DNA of 64,000 bases from an uncultured Gammaproteobacteria bacterium (GTDB taxonomy: Bacteria; Patescibacteriota; Patescibacteriia; SG8-24), in contig CAZBFO010000005.1 in NCBI GenBank assembly GCA_964491475.1, forward strand, positions 64,841 through 128,840. The letters are read 5' to 3'. The position numbers and the translations under genes were made by a program. Position 1 is the stretch's first letter. Every line of letters begins with the position of its first letter. The notes under the pieces are model-generated. The model was not told where the DNA came from. It made no database searches and saw only the letters and a program-made list of their open reading frames with translations. Shown here piece by piece: positions 26,315 through 35,353 of this stretch.

Positions 26315-28270
26315 CGGCTGGGCAAGTTGCGGCAGATCGAAAGTCGCCAGAACCACGTTCTGACCGGAGAATCGCACGGCTGTCCGCACGTCATCGAGCA
26401 CCAGCGCCGAATCCGTAGCCTCCAAAGTAGCTTGCGCACGAATCGGCCACGTAGCCCACTTCGGCACCGTGGCCGAGTATTGCGCGCTCACTCCGCCGTT
26501 TCGCAGGGCCCATGGCATGGGCGAATCGACCAGGATGGCATCATCTGCGACGGTTCTGCCGAGGGCGTCGGTGAGACGGTATCGCATGGTGCCGTTTTCA
26601 GGAATGCTCGTGCCGCTAAGGTCTATGGAAATCCGTACCTTTTTTCCGTACCCGCCCGAAATGGCATCTGCGTGCGGCGGCCCGGGCTTACCGTTTGCCC
26701 GCGTGGGCGGCGGCGCAAGGGATATGGGCGCGCTTGCGGTGGATCGGTCGTAAAGCGTCAGCGTCCCGTCAGAAAACACCGGAGTTCCGAGAACGGCCTC
26801 GATCCGCTTCCTCCAGCCGTCATAGTGCGGCGCTGCCCACGCTGTTTTCGGGAATTGCGCACGGTACGTGATCAAGTCATCGGCATCCATCGCCACCATG
26901 CGCAGGCCGTCTGGCGGCTCATACGATTTTTCGCCGAACTGCGTGACGCCCAAGGCCAAGTAGTGCAGCGAGGTCAGATGCTCACGCGAAGAGAGCGCGG
27001 GCAGCAGCGCGTAGCTGGCAGCGATGTTCGCGTCCGACGGCACGCGTTCCAACAGCGCCCAATCGCGTTGGGCACGCGCATAGGAAAGGCGGTCGGAAAG
27101 GGCACGGAACGCCACTGACGGCAGCGGACCCAGCGTCATCGCACCGTAAGCGGAACAAATGCCGAGCAGCAGAAAGGACGCCTTTACCGGATTGAGGTGC
27201 GACAGGAACCGGACGTACTTCCGGAAATAATAGGGTGCCACCTCCGCACCGTCGATGGCGGCAAGTGCCAGGGCAGGAATGAACAGCGTGGCGTAGTGGG
27301 TGTCGAGCACCACTTCGCCGCCGCCCGGAGCGCCAAGAATGATCTGCAGCAGCGGTCCCGCTGCCAACAGCAGCCGTTTGGGTTTGAGTACCGGAAACAA
27401 GGCAAACGGAAAAAGAAAGCCGAGCACCATCTCGAAATTTGCCAAGGTGAGAACGTGTCCAAGGACGCGGATCGGGTGCAGCACCATCGTTTTCAGCATC
27501 TCCAACGGTGTCGACCCGAGCCACCGGTAGTAGACCAGGTATTTGTATGATCCCTCCGGCGCAAAATGCCTGACGACCTGCATGGCTGCAAGGAACCAAG
27601 CCGCTCCGAGCATCAGCGGAGTCAGCCGCCACCAACGCGGTTTTTTTTCGATCCAAGCCAGGACTCCAATCATTGCCACGACAAGCGCCACGTCCTCGCG
27701 AACCGACAGCGCCAAGAGGCACCAGACCGCAAACGCTTTTTTGTCGCCCATTTCGTAGGCGAGCATTGCCATCAGCAGGGGAAGCGCGGCAAAGGCCAAC
27801 ACGTGGAACTCGAAGAGTCCTACGTTCTGCAGCGCGGGGTTCAGCAGGAAAGCCATCGTCATGGCCAACGCCGCCAGGGGGAATGCGGCAGAAACCCGCG
27901 CGGAGAACCGAAAGCGCGCAATGCGCCAAATCGGCCAGGCGCAGGCTGCCAGTGCCGCCGCCTGCATGGCCAGGAGCATTCGTGGATCCCTGCCGACGGC
28001 ATACACCGGCGACAGCCACAAGATGGCAAACTCCGCATGGTCACCGAGAGAAAGATGCGGATGTATGCTCTGAACAAACAATCGACCCCGTACCGTGTTC
28101 CAGAATAATTGGCTAAAATAAGCCAAATCTATGCCGTTATAGCCAAAAATGGCATATTTCCAAAAACAGGCGGCAGAAATGAGCAGCATAAAGCCAATAA
28201 TAAGGCTAATTACAGCCTTTTTTTCTTTTTTTTTGAGCCAGTCTAGGGCAAAAGTGATTTTGGCAATCAT
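26309..28270 (-). CDS. DUF2079-family polytopic membrane protein (GT-C-like)
   Basis: N-terminal DLAYFSQLFWNTVRGRLFVQS hallmark; many TM helices; 653 aa; N-terminal 65 codons strikingly AT-rich. Confidence 0.75.
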   Translation of the reverse strand: MIAKITFALDWLKKKEKKAVISLIIGFMLLISAACFWKYAIFGYNGIDLAYFSQLFWNTVRGRLFVQSIHPHLSLGDHAEFAILWLSPVYAVGRDPRMLLAMQAAALAACAWPIWRIARFRFSARVSAAFPLAALAMTMAFLLNPALQNVGLFEFHVLAFAALPLLMAMLAYEMGDKKAFAVWCLLALSVREDVALVVAMIGVLAWIEKKPRWWRLTPLMLGAAWFLAAMQVVRHFAPEGSYKYLVYYRWLGSTPLEMLKTMVLHPIRVLGHVLTLANFEMVLGFLFPFALFPVLKPKRLLLAAGPLLQIILGAPGGGEVVLDTHYATLFIPALALAAIDGAEVAPYYFRKYVRFLSHLNPVKASFLLLGICSAYGAMTLGPLPSVAFRALSDRLSYARAQRDWALLERVPSDANIAASYALLPALSSREHLTSLHYLALGVTQFGEKSYEPPDGLRMVAMDADDLITYRAQFPKTAWAAPHYDGWRKRIEAVLGTPVFSDGTLTLYDRSTASAPISLAPPPTRANGKPGPPHADAISGGYGKKVRISIDLSGTSIPENGTMRYRLTDALGRTVADDAILVDSPMPWALRNGGVSAQYSATVPKWATWPIRAQATLEATDSALVLDDVRTAVRFSGQNVVLATFDLPQLAQPK

Positions 28271-28341
28271 GGGCTCAATATAGCCATTTTGTGGAGTATT
28301 GGCGAGTGCATTTTATGTCGCGGATTAGCCAAAAAAAGTGA

Positions 28342-28355
28342 GCCATTTTATGGCT
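28342..28355. promoter_or_regulatory. palindromic 14-bp operator-like box GGCTTATTTTAGCC
   Basis: Near-identical boxes at 30836..30849, 58080..58093 and 28111..28124; lies 21 bp upstream of the -35 of the module promoter. Confidence 0.45.
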
Positions 28356-28376
28356 TATTTTAGCCAATAAATACTA

Positions 28377-28405
28377 CTTGTCACCCTTGACAAAAGGGTC
28401 ATTTT
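28377..28405 (+). promoter_or_regulatory. conserved extended sigma70-type promoter (module copy A)
   Basis: cccTTGACAaaagggtcattttaTGCTATAGT: TTGACA-17 nt-TATAGT with TGn extended -10; same 35-nt pattern at 30893, 58113 and 50584(-). Confidence 0.55.
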
Positions 28406-28509
28406 ATGCTATAGTGGTTCGTTACGATGTCATGGTGACAATCGTGGCAGCGTAACCGGCAAATCAGCCGACCGTTCACTGACAATCCAACGCATACAGG
28501 GAGACAGTC

Positions 28510-29652
28510 ATGACCGAAGAAAAAAAGGTTTCCGAGGATAACGAGTCCGGCTGGGACGAGGCGCTTCTGCCGGTGTTGCAAGACATCGTCGGCAAAGCTG
28601 TCGAGGGCGTCTGCGACATCAAGGCGATCGATATCGCCATCAGGTCGCTCTCCCCGTCCGTCGTCGTCGCGAGCAGCGGTCTGCCCAGCCTCGTCGGGAT
28701 GCTCTCGTCGAAGCTGGCACACGGCCTGTTCACTTCGCCGGTCTACAGGGACCTCTTCAAGGACTCGCTCATCGAGGCCGGCCGCCGACTCCGGGACAAG
28801 ATCCAGGAGAAGGGCGGCATGAAGAACGTCACGAAGGAAGAGTACGGTGAAGCCGTCCAGGAAGGGTTCCAGGCGGCGGCCGAGAAGAAGTACGTCGTCA
28901 TCGACGGACTGCTTCACCAGCCGAACTGCTGGCGCATCCAGCCTCGTCTCAAGCAACCGCAGAGGCGAAGCAAGGAAAAGGACGGTCAGCAGCAGCCGCA
29001 ACAGCAGCAAGCACAGCCCGTCGCGGAGGTCACCCTCCTCGAGGCCGAACAGCAGCACGTCATGTGCGCGCCTTGCTGCTTCGACGGCGTACAGGCGGAC
29101 ATCAAGACCAAGACCGAGGCTCCGGCCAAGGTCGAGGCCCCCAAGCCGCCGCCGCGCTCGCCGATGGAGGTGATCAACCGTGCAGCACCGGAAGATCGCG
29201 CCTTCTTCCTCAAGTGGCTCAAAGGCCTTCCGGCCGATGAGCGCAAGAGGGTCGACGAGTACCTCAAGCACCTGGACTCCGAAGAGGAGTTCAACGCGCT
29301 GGTTGGCTGCATCAAGGATGAGCCCGAAGTCGTGTACGAGATGATGATGTTGCTGGAGAACAGCAACGGCTCGCTCCGCACGAAGCAGTTCATCCTCCTC
29401 GCGGGCCAGGCCATCGAGCGGCACTCGATGGAGGCGCTCGGGGCCATCAAGTGCGGCATCAAGCATGCCGCGCGGAAGGTCGTCGAGACCGACGAGATGT
29501 TCGCCCCGGTCGCCAAGCGGCTACGGGAGAACGAATCACGTGAAAAGCCGGAGCCCACCTTTCGGGTGGCGCTCGGCCTCAAAAAGCCCGAAAACAAGGG
29601 CTTTCTGCATGCCACCGGCCGTTTCGTGAAGTCCCTGTTCCTCTTCTTCTAG
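28510..29652 (+). CDS. hypothetical protein (ORFan, Gln-rich central linker)
   Basis: GGGAGA RBS; 380 aa; no recognisable domain; 95-nt structured leader. Confidence 0.6.
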   Translation: MTEEKKVSEDNESGWDEALLPVLQDIVGKAVEGVCDIKAIDIAIRSLSPSVVVASSGLPSLVGMLSSKLAHGLFTSPVYRDLFKDSLIEAGRRLRDKIQEKGGMKNVTKEEYGEAVQEGFQAAAEKKYVVIDGLLHQPNCWRIQPRLKQPQRRSKEKDGQQQPQQQQAQPVAEVTLLEAEQQHVMCAPCCFDGVQADIKTKTEAPAKVEAPKPPPRSPMEVINRAAPEDRAFFLKWLKGLPADERKRVDEYLKHLDSEEEFNALVGCIKDEPEVVYEMMMLLENSNGSLRTKQFILLAGQAIERHSMEALGAIKCGIKHAARKVVETDEMFAPVAKRLRENESREKPEPTFRVALGLKKPENKGFLHATGRFVKSLFLFF

Positions 29653-29665
29653 GGGGACGGGCAGG

Positions 29666-29693
29666 GGACGGAGAGAATTCGCTCTCCGTCCCC
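29666..29693 (+). other. intergenic stem-loop (11-bp stem, no T-run)
   Basis: gggacggagag-aattcg-ctctccgtccc perfect hairpin between 28510..29652 and 29744..30790. Confidence 0.5.
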
Positions 29694-29743
29694 TCAACCA
29701 GATCACTCGCATCCAACAAATACGGACGAATACGGAGTCGAAA

Positions 29744-30790
29744 ATGTCGAATATCCTCAACGTCATCGGTCTGTTCATCAAAGGCACTTCGCGCGACATC
29801 CTCGATGCCGGCGAAGAGCGTCTCGAGAGCATGAAGAACCTGCTCATCGTGACCGTCGTCGCCCCGGTCGTCCTCCTGACGCTCGGCGTGACGATTGCCG
29901 CTCTCTCCGACACGGTCGGCGGCGTCAACGTCGGCAGGGGCTTCATCACGGTCGCGGGTTTCCTCGCGACGCTGATGTGCGGCATCCTGCTCGTGCGCGG
30001 GCGCATCTACGCTTACGTCTTCATCGGGTGCAGCAAAGCCGCCAAGGCCGCGCTGAACTTCATGCCGACGCTCGAGACCGAGGAAGTGCGCAAATATGTC
30101 GCGTACTTCTCCGGCCTGATGTCGTGGATCGCCGGCGTCTGCCTCTACGCGCAGATCGTCCCGATCTGGCGGTCCGTCGGCACCACGCTCATCGTCGCCA
30201 CCGCGATGCTGTGCTTGGCAGCCATGATGGCCGCCCGCTGGTTCGAAGGCAAAGCCGCCCAGAGGACGCTGCTCGTGCTCACCTTGGGCACGCTGCTCTT
30301 CTCCACGCTTCGCCTCGCAAGCCCGCGCGCGCTCAATGCCATGAACGATGCCAGCGACTTCACGCTCGGCACCGATGGCCGCACCGATGCGGACAAGGTG
30401 CTCCTCAAGAAGTTCAACGAGGAGCTCACCGGCATCCGCAAGGACGCGGCCGAGAGTTGCGGCGGCAAGTACTGCAAGGAGGGCGACGTCGCCCGGGTCA
30501 GGGAGCTGGAGAAGAACATCCATCTCCTCGAGACCGGTCAGTACTGGAGCGCCATGGAAGCGGCGACCGCCGCTCCCGCGACCACTGCGGTCAAGAACGG
30601 CAGTTCGCCGACCAAGGTCAACGCGCCGACCAACAAGGTCGACGTGATCACCAAGCCTTCGCAGCAGAAGGCCGACAGCAAGCCTCCGACGCGTCCGGCG
30701 TCGAAGGTCGCGGCAACCCCCAAGAAGGCCGATAGCAGCGACCCGTTCGCCGCCCTCGACCAGTTCCCGGACGTTCCCCCGGTCGAGTAA
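29744..30790 (+). CDS. hypothetical integral membrane protein with disordered Pro/Lys/Ala-rich C-terminal tail
   Basis: 5 predicted TM helices; 348 aa; GGAG upstream of ATG. Confidence 0.6.
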   Translation: MSNILNVIGLFIKGTSRDILDAGEERLESMKNLLIVTVVAPVVLLTLGVTIAALSDTVGGVNVGRGFITVAGFLATLMCGILLVRGRIYAYVFIGCSKAAKAALNFMPTLETEEVRKYVAYFSGLMSWIAGVCLYAQIVPIWRSVGTTLIVATAMLCLAAMMAARWFEGKAAQRTLLVLTLGTLLFSTLRLASPRALNAMNDASDFTLGTDGRTDADKVLLKKFNEELTGIRKDAAESCGGKYCKEGDVARVRELEKNIHLLETGQYWSAMEAATAAPATTAVKNGSSPTKVNAPTNKVDVITKPSQQKADSKPPTRPASKVAATPKKADSSDPFAALDQFPDVPPVE

Positions 30791-30803
30791 TCGACCCGCT
30801 TAA

Positions 30804-30835
30804 CCCCGACAGCGCTTGCTGTCGGGGTTTCTTTT
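30804..30835 (+). terminator. rho-independent terminator
   Basis: ccccgacagc-gctt-gctgtcgggg followed by TTTCTTTT. Confidence 0.7.
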
Positions 30836-30849
30836 AGCTTAATTTAGCC
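30836..30849. promoter_or_regulatory. operator-like box AGCTTAATTTAGCC (reverse complement GGCTAAATTAAGCT)
   Basis: 13/14 match to box at 58080..58093; 43 bp upstream of the module -35. Confidence 0.4.
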
Positions 30850-30892
30850 TTATTTAATTGGCTTACTACAGCCAAAATATCGACCTTTCAGT

Positions 30893-30921
30893 CTTGACAA
30901 AAGGGAAAAAATATGCTAGAG
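30893..30921 (+). promoter_or_regulatory. conserved extended promoter (module copy B)
   Basis: TTGACAaaagggaaaaaataTGCTAGAGT; followed by 118-nt leader with gttcagca...tgctgaac stem and GAAGGAG RBS. Confidence 0.5.
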
Positions 30922-31040
30922 TACTATGTTCAGCAAAGGAGAGTCGTTTCTCAAGCACTGCTGAACACCGCTGAAAATCGGCTCTCTGACAACTGAAAAC
31001 AACTACGTCCGCCAGTCGGACAGCACAGAAGGAGATCATC

Positions 31041-31694
31041 ATGAATAAGGCACTTCTCTCGATTGTGATGCTCGGCATCGGCGGACTGCTCAACATCGGC
31101 TGCATGAATCAGGCAGCCGTATCGGTGAAGGACGGGCATTACGAAGGTAACGCCCGCAGCACCAACCCCGAGGCCCTGCTCGACACGGTCTCGAGGAACA
31201 GGGCACGCGAAACGTACGCGCAGGCGTACAGCGACGCGGTCGCGAACGGCGGGGCATACCCGTACGGCATGGTCGGTCCGGTAGGCGACTACCGGCAGAA
31301 CTACTGCCCGAACGGCATGTGCATCTCGCCGGTCCGCCCTCCGGTCATGGCGCCTCCTCCGCCGACTGCTCCCAAGGCGGCGCCCAAGGCCACTCCTGCT
31401 CCGAACGACGATCCGGCCCAAAAGCCGGTGACCCGCGAGGATCTCGAGAAGGTCAGGGCGCAGGCCGCGGACGCTCAACAGAAAGCCAATGTTTCCATCG
31501 GCATTCTGAAGACCGTCCGCACGGAGAAGGACAAGCCGAAGGAGGTCGCACCCGCAGCGCCTCCACCCCCGCCGCCCTCCGTCACGCCGGCTCCCAAGCC
31601 GATGTCGCAACAGGAGATCGACGAGGTCAACCGTCGGGCCGAAGAGGCTCGCAAGAACGCCGAGGCGGCTTCCGCCCCGGCCAAGCAGCCCTGA
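31041..31694 (+). CDS. secreted Pro/Ala-rich protein (probable lipoprotein)
   Basis: Signal peptide MNKALLSIVMLGIGGLLNIGC; low-complexity Pro-rich C-terminal half; 217 aa. Confidence 0.6.
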   Translation: MNKALLSIVMLGIGGLLNIGCMNQAAVSVKDGHYEGNARSTNPEALLDTVSRNRARETYAQAYSDAVANGGAYPYGMVGPVGDYRQNYCPNGMCISPVRPPVMAPPPPTAPKAAPKATPAPNDDPAQKPVTREDLEKVRAQAADAQQKANVSIGILKTVRTEKDKPKEVAPAAPPPPPPSVTPAPKPMSQQEIDEVNRRAEEARKNAEAASAPAKQP

Positions 31695-31740
31695 AAGGCT
31701 GCGTCACGAAACTCCAACAACCAACGGATAAGAGGTTCAA

Positions 31741-32253
31741 ATGAATAGCAAGTTCGTCACGTTCGTGTTCGTTCTCTTCGCTCTCGTCATCAGCGGCTGC
31801 GGCGTCACGTCGTACCGCTCGCAAATCTCGTACGACGTGCCTCCTCCGGGCGGCCCGGCGTTTGCGACAGGTCCGCAAGGGCAGGCGTACGGTCCCACCT
31901 CGATTCCATTGAAGGACGTCGCTTTCCTCGACTTCGCCCCGCGGGCCTGCGGCGACGGTCCGCTCTCCGTCGAGTTCGTGAACGAGAGCGGCAACTACGT
32001 CGCTCTGGAGTTCGACGGCTTGGACGTCCACATCATGGGCGCCCAAGACGAGCTTCCGCCCTTCGTTCCGCCGGGCAGCCACGTGTACCTCTGCATGGAC
32101 GAGATGGGGCATCACTCCATCACGGGCACGCAGTACACGGTGGCCGGCGGTCGGCCGGTCAGGATGTTCGACTTCCGATGGAACGGCGAGTTCACCGCCA
32201 GCAAGCGCCACGTGGCGCGGCTCGTCGGCGGCTACCCCGGCATCCTCATCTGA
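31741..32253 (+). CDS. hypothetical lipoprotein
   Basis: MNSKFVTFVFVLFALVISGC lipobox; AAGAGG RBS; 170 aa. Confidence 0.65.
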   Translation: MNSKFVTFVFVLFALVISGCGVTSYRSQISYDVPPPGGPAFATGPQGQAYGPTSIPLKDVAFLDFAPRACGDGPLSVEFVNESGNYVALEFDGLDVHIMGAQDELPPFVPPGSHVYLCMDEMGHHSITGTQYTVAGGRPVRMFDFRWNGEFTASKRHVARLVGGYPGILI

Positions 32254-32283
32254 ACATCAGCCCGCATCCGGTTCTCGGATGCA

Positions 32284-32320
32284 AAAAGGGTCCAGCGCTT
32301 GCTGGACCCTTTCTTTTTTT
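32284..32320. terminator. bidirectional rho-independent terminator
   Basis: aaaaa-gggtccagc-gctt-gctggaccc-tttcttttttt; serves + gene 31741..32253 and the minus-strand pilin array. Confidence 0.7.
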
Positions 32321-32331
32321 GCTCGCGGAGT

Positions 32332-32730
32332 TTAGGCCTTGAGCGAGTTGGTGAGGGAGTCGATGACGAAGTTGGTGATGGCGTAGGCGGCGAAGATCAG
32401 GACCATGCCGATGACGGCGTTCGAGATCATCTTCTTGGCCATCTTCACCTTTTCCTCGCTGCCCTGGGCGGTCATCCAGAGGAAGCCGGCGTAGATGATG
32501 ATGCAGACCAGGATGACGCCGAGCAGGCCGAGGGCCGCGCCGATCATGTTACCGATCAGTTTGGGGAGGTCGGTGTTGCCGCTGGTGACGCCGGCCGCGC
32601 CGGCAGTGCTGGCGGCGCTGGCCTTGAGGTTCTCGAGGCTGGTGACCGCGAGGGCGGCGAGAGGGGCCGAGACAGTGGCCATGGCGGCAATTGAACCGGC
32701 GGCGATGCTCTTGAATGAAATCTTCTTCAT
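32332..32730 (-). CDS. VirB2/TrbC-like T4SS pilin-family small membrane protein (paralog 1)
   Basis: Signal peptide, then LLGVILVCIIIYAGFLWMTAQGSEEKVKMAKKMISNAVIGMVLIFAAYAI (two hydrophobic helices split by a charged loop). Confidence 0.7.
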   Translation of the reverse strand: MKKISFKSIAAGSIAAMATVSAPLAALAVTSLENLKASAASTAGAAGVTSGNTDLPKLIGNMIGAALGLLGVILVCIIIYAGFLWMTAQGSEEKVKMAKKMISNAVIGMVLIFAAYAITNFVIDSLTNSLKA

Positions 32731-32779
32731 AGACGGGCTTGCTTAAGACCAGTTTTTGGAATTAATTAAGTCACGAGAT

Positions 32780-33199
32780 TTAGTACCCAGCGTCGTACGG
32801 ATCAACCGGCTTTTGGAGCGAGTTGGCGAGCGAGTTGGTGACGAAGGTCGTGATGGCGTATGCAGAGAATGTTAGCACGATTCCTATGACCGCACCAGAG
32901 AGAATCTTCTTGGCCTGCTTGATCTTCTCGTCGCTGCCCTGGGCGGTCATCCAGATGAAACCGGCGTAGATGACCAGGATGACGAAGATAGCGCCGAGCA
33001 GACCGAGTGCCGAACCGATGATACGGCCGATGATGACCGGGAGATCGGTATTGCTGCCGCCGAGCCCCGCAGCGTCGCCAGTTGCCGTAAGGCCGGTGTC
33101 TTCGCTCAAGGAAGCGAATGCCTGGGAACCGATAAACGTCGACAGGGCAATGGAGAGGCCAACAGCGGCGATTTTTTTGGCTATTGCATTGGTGCGCAT
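32780..33199 (-). CDS. VirB2/TrbC-like pilin-family protein (paralog 2)
   Basis: LLGAIFVILVIYAGFIWMTAQGSDEKIKQAKKILSGAVIGIVLTFSAYAI; GGAGGAA RBS before ATG 33199; track ORF extends spuriously to 33457. Confidence 0.7.
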   Translation of the reverse strand: MRTNAIAKKIAAVGLSIALSTFIGSQAFASLSEDTGLTATGDAAGLGGSNTDLPVIIGRIIGSALGLLGAIFVILVIYAGFIWMTAQGSDEKIKQAKKILSGAVIGIVLTFSAYAITTFVTNSLANSLQKPVDPYDAGY

Positions 33200-33268
33200 A
33201 AATTCCTCCGTTATCCACAGAATGTTACTTCCAGCCCAATCATACCTTTTTTCGGGTCTTTTTGCGAC

Positions 33269-33304
33269 AAAAAATCCCCGTCCCTTTCGGGACGGGGATT
33301 TTTT
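33269..33304. terminator. bidirectional rho-independent terminator inside pilin array
   Basis: aaaaaa-tccccgtccc-tttc-gggacgggga-tttttt perfect 10-bp hairpin. Confidence 0.7.
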
Positions 33305-33312
33305 ACGAGCCG

Positions 33313-33684
33313 TTAGCTCGTTCCGTTGATGACGGCACCGACCACGAACTGGGCGATCGCGTAGGCCGACATGATGATAATGAGACCGATGACACCCGAG
33401 ATGATGAGCTTCTTGGCTTCGGCGACCTTCTCTTCGTTGCCACCAGCGGTCATCCACTTGAAGCCGCCGAGAAGAATGATGACTACGGCGACGATACCGA
33501 GCAGGCCCATGAACGCCTTGATGACGCTCGAAACGGTCGTGCGGACGTCTTGCGTGCCGAGACCGATGGCAGTGGCGTAGTTGAGACCGAGGTCCGGACC
33601 AGCCGCGAGGGCGATGGCCGGAGCGGCGACTACTGCTGCCGTCAGGGCACTGGCCGCAATCTTCGTAATGGTTGCTTTGCGCAT
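33313..33684 (-). CDS. VirB2/TrbC-like pilin-family protein (paralog 3)
   Basis: LLGIVAVVIILLGGFKWMTAGGNEEKVAEAKKLIISGVIGLIIIMSAYAI. Confidence 0.7.
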   Translation of the reverse strand: MRKATITKIAASALTAAVVAAPAIALAAGPDLGLNYATAIGLGTQDVRTTVSSVIKAFMGLLGIVAVVIILLGGFKWMTAGGNEEKVAEAKKLIISGVIGLIIIMSAYAIAQFVVGAVINGTS

Positions 33685-33767
33685 AGCGCTAGTGCTGTTG
33701 AGTAAGCCATATGCGCTCTTAGGCGGCGCATGTAGCAGGACAAAGTCGGGAGGTTATCCCCAAGTCC

Positions 33768-33797
33768 AATAAAAGACATCCATGTGGATGGATGTCT
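33768..33797 (-). terminator. rho-independent terminator after paralog 4
   Basis: Minus strand: agacatccat-ccac-atggatgtct hairpin followed by TTTTATT. Confidence 0.55.
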
Positions 33798-33837
33798 TCA
33801 GTATAGCAGAACTGTTTTTGGATGAGAATAACGGCGG

Positions 33838-34230
33838 TTATCTGCCGCTCAAAGATGCAGTCAGCACATGGCCGAAGAGGTAGTCCAGGACCGTGAACGA
33901 GCTAAAGCAGACGATCAGGCCCATCGTTGCGTACACCATGTTCTGCTTGGCTGCCTTGATCTTTTCTGGAGCCCCGCCGGCAGCCATCCAGGAGAAGCCG
34001 CTCCAGATGAAGACGAGCAGTGCCAGCGTTCCGGAAAGGGAAAGGAACGCGCCGATGAGTCGGCCTGCTATGACGCTAAGCGTCGTTCTGCCGAGCGGAT
34101 GAAGGGGGTCCAGGGCAAGAACTGATAGGGGGGCGGTCAGCAGGGCGACAGAAGTCACGGCTCCCAACAGCGACAGGCGTGAGGTGATTCGTTTTGACAT
34201 AGGGGACACGTTAGCTTGCTGCGCTGCCAA
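33838..34230 (-). CDS. VirB2/TrbC-like pilin-family protein (paralog 4)
   Basis: LSLSGTLALLVFIWSGFSWMAAGGAPEKIKAAKQNMVYATMGLIVCFSSF; start ambiguous (Met 34230 overlapping upstream gene, or Met 34200). Confidence 0.6.
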   Translation of the reverse strand: MAAQQANVSPMSKRITSRLSLLGAVTSVALLTAPLSVLALDPLHPLGRTTLSVIAGRLIGAFLSLSGTLALLVFIWSGFSWMAAGGAPEKIKAAKQNMVYATMGLIVCFSSFTVLDYLFGHVLTASLSGR

Positions 34231-34702
34231 GCGCGTTGAACAGCGCCGTCAGGATGGCGTAGGAACCGAAGATGATGAAGAGTCCGATGACCGCCCACTT
34301 GAGGCTGTTCAGTCCCGAAGCGTACTTTTTTTCGTTACCGGCAGCGGTAATCATCTGGAAACCGCCGTAGACGAAGAAGAGCAGCGCCGCCGTTCCCGAG
34401 AGGCCCATGAATCCCATCGTTGCACGGGCGACGACCGTGGTTACGCTCGCGCCGTTCAACGGGTCGTAAAGTTGGGTTTTCTTTGGGGGAGCCTTCGGGG
34501 CAGCAGGAGCGCTCGCTGCAGGAGCATTCGTGGCCGGAGGCGGACCCGCAGGAGCATCCGCTAACTGCAGCGTTTCTGCGGGCAACGTTTGGGCCAAGGA
34601 CACCGAGAGGGGGGCCGCCGTCAGCACCAGCGACATGAGGGTCAGGCCGGCTGCAGCCAGGGCGGCGCTAATTGTCTTTGAGTGCGGACGATGGGATACC
34701 AT
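34211..34702 (-). CDS. VirB2/TrbC-like pilin-family protein (paralog 5, Pro/Ala-rich insert)
   Basis: MGLSGTAALLFFVYGGFQMITAAGNEKKYASGLNSLKWAVIGLFIIFGSYAI after an APAGPPPATNAPAASAPAAPKAPP linker. Confidence 0.65.
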   Translation of the reverse strand: MVSHRPHSKTISAALAAAGLTLMSLVLTAAPLSVSLAQTLPAETLQLADAPAGPPPATNAPAASAPAAPKAPPKKTQLYDPLNGASVTTVVARATMGFMGLSGTAALLFFVYGGFQMITAAGNEKKYASGLNSLKWAVIGLFIIFGSYAILTALFNALGSAAS

Positions 34703-34713
34703 GGCTATCGCGG

Positions 34714-35340
34714 TTACTGGTTAGACATGAAGTTCTTCAGCCATTCCGGCGGTGCCGCTGAGTTGCTGGGCGGCTGCGCGGCGTCCGGAGCGGCCGGCAT
34801 GCAGCATTGCTCGGTCTTCGATCCGCAGACGGCCTGGACGTTGCAGTTCTTTCCGAGCTTCGGATCCATGCAGACGTACCCCTGTTCCTTAAGGGAGGCG
34901 TCGGAGCATGCTAACGGGAATTCGATTTGTTCCTGCGTCGTTTCTATCTGGCCCTTGGTGAGAAGCAGCTTGCCGTAGTCGATGATGTATCCGGCCAGGA
35001 ATATCAGGAAGATGCCGATTACCGCGTTGCGGAGGATGGTTTTTCCATGCTCGATCTTCTTGCTCTCGCCGCCGGAGGACAGCATGGTGAACCCGCCATA
35101 GACGAACATCAGGAGGGCAAAACTGCCGGTCACCGCGATGATGAGCGAGGCGATGTTGAGGAAAGTTTCCTTGACGCAGTTGAGGTCAGGCGGGTTCACG
35201 CCTTGCTGCGTGGCGCATTTCGGAACGATGGGGCCGACGGCCAGGGCGGGTAACGCGGCGGCGAAGGTGAAGCCGATAACCACTGCTGTCGTTGCAAGTG
35301 CGGCGTAGGTGCGGCGGCTGATGCGCATAGCGGTAGGCAT
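34714..35340 (-). CDS. VirB2/TrbC-like pilin-family protein (paralog 6) with Cys-rich C-terminal extension
   Basis: IAVTGSFALLMFVYGGFTMLSSGGESKKIEHGKTILRNAVIGIFLIFLAGYI core plus C-terminal CSDASLKEQGYVCMDPKLGKNCNVQAVCGSKTEQCC; start Met uncertain (35340/35328; track start is GTG). Confidence 0.6.
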   Translation of the reverse strand: MPTAMRISRRTYAALATTAVVIGFTFAAALPALAVGPIVPKCATQQGVNPPDLNCVKETFLNIASLIIAVTGSFALLMFVYGGFTMLSSGGESKKIEHGKTILRNAVIGIFLIFLAGYIIDYGKLLLTKGQIETTQEQIEFPLACSDASLKEQGYVCMDPKLGKNCNVQAVCGSKTEQCCMPAAPDAAQPPSNSAAPPEWLKNFMSNQ

Positions 35341-35353
35341 ACGGTTTCTCACG

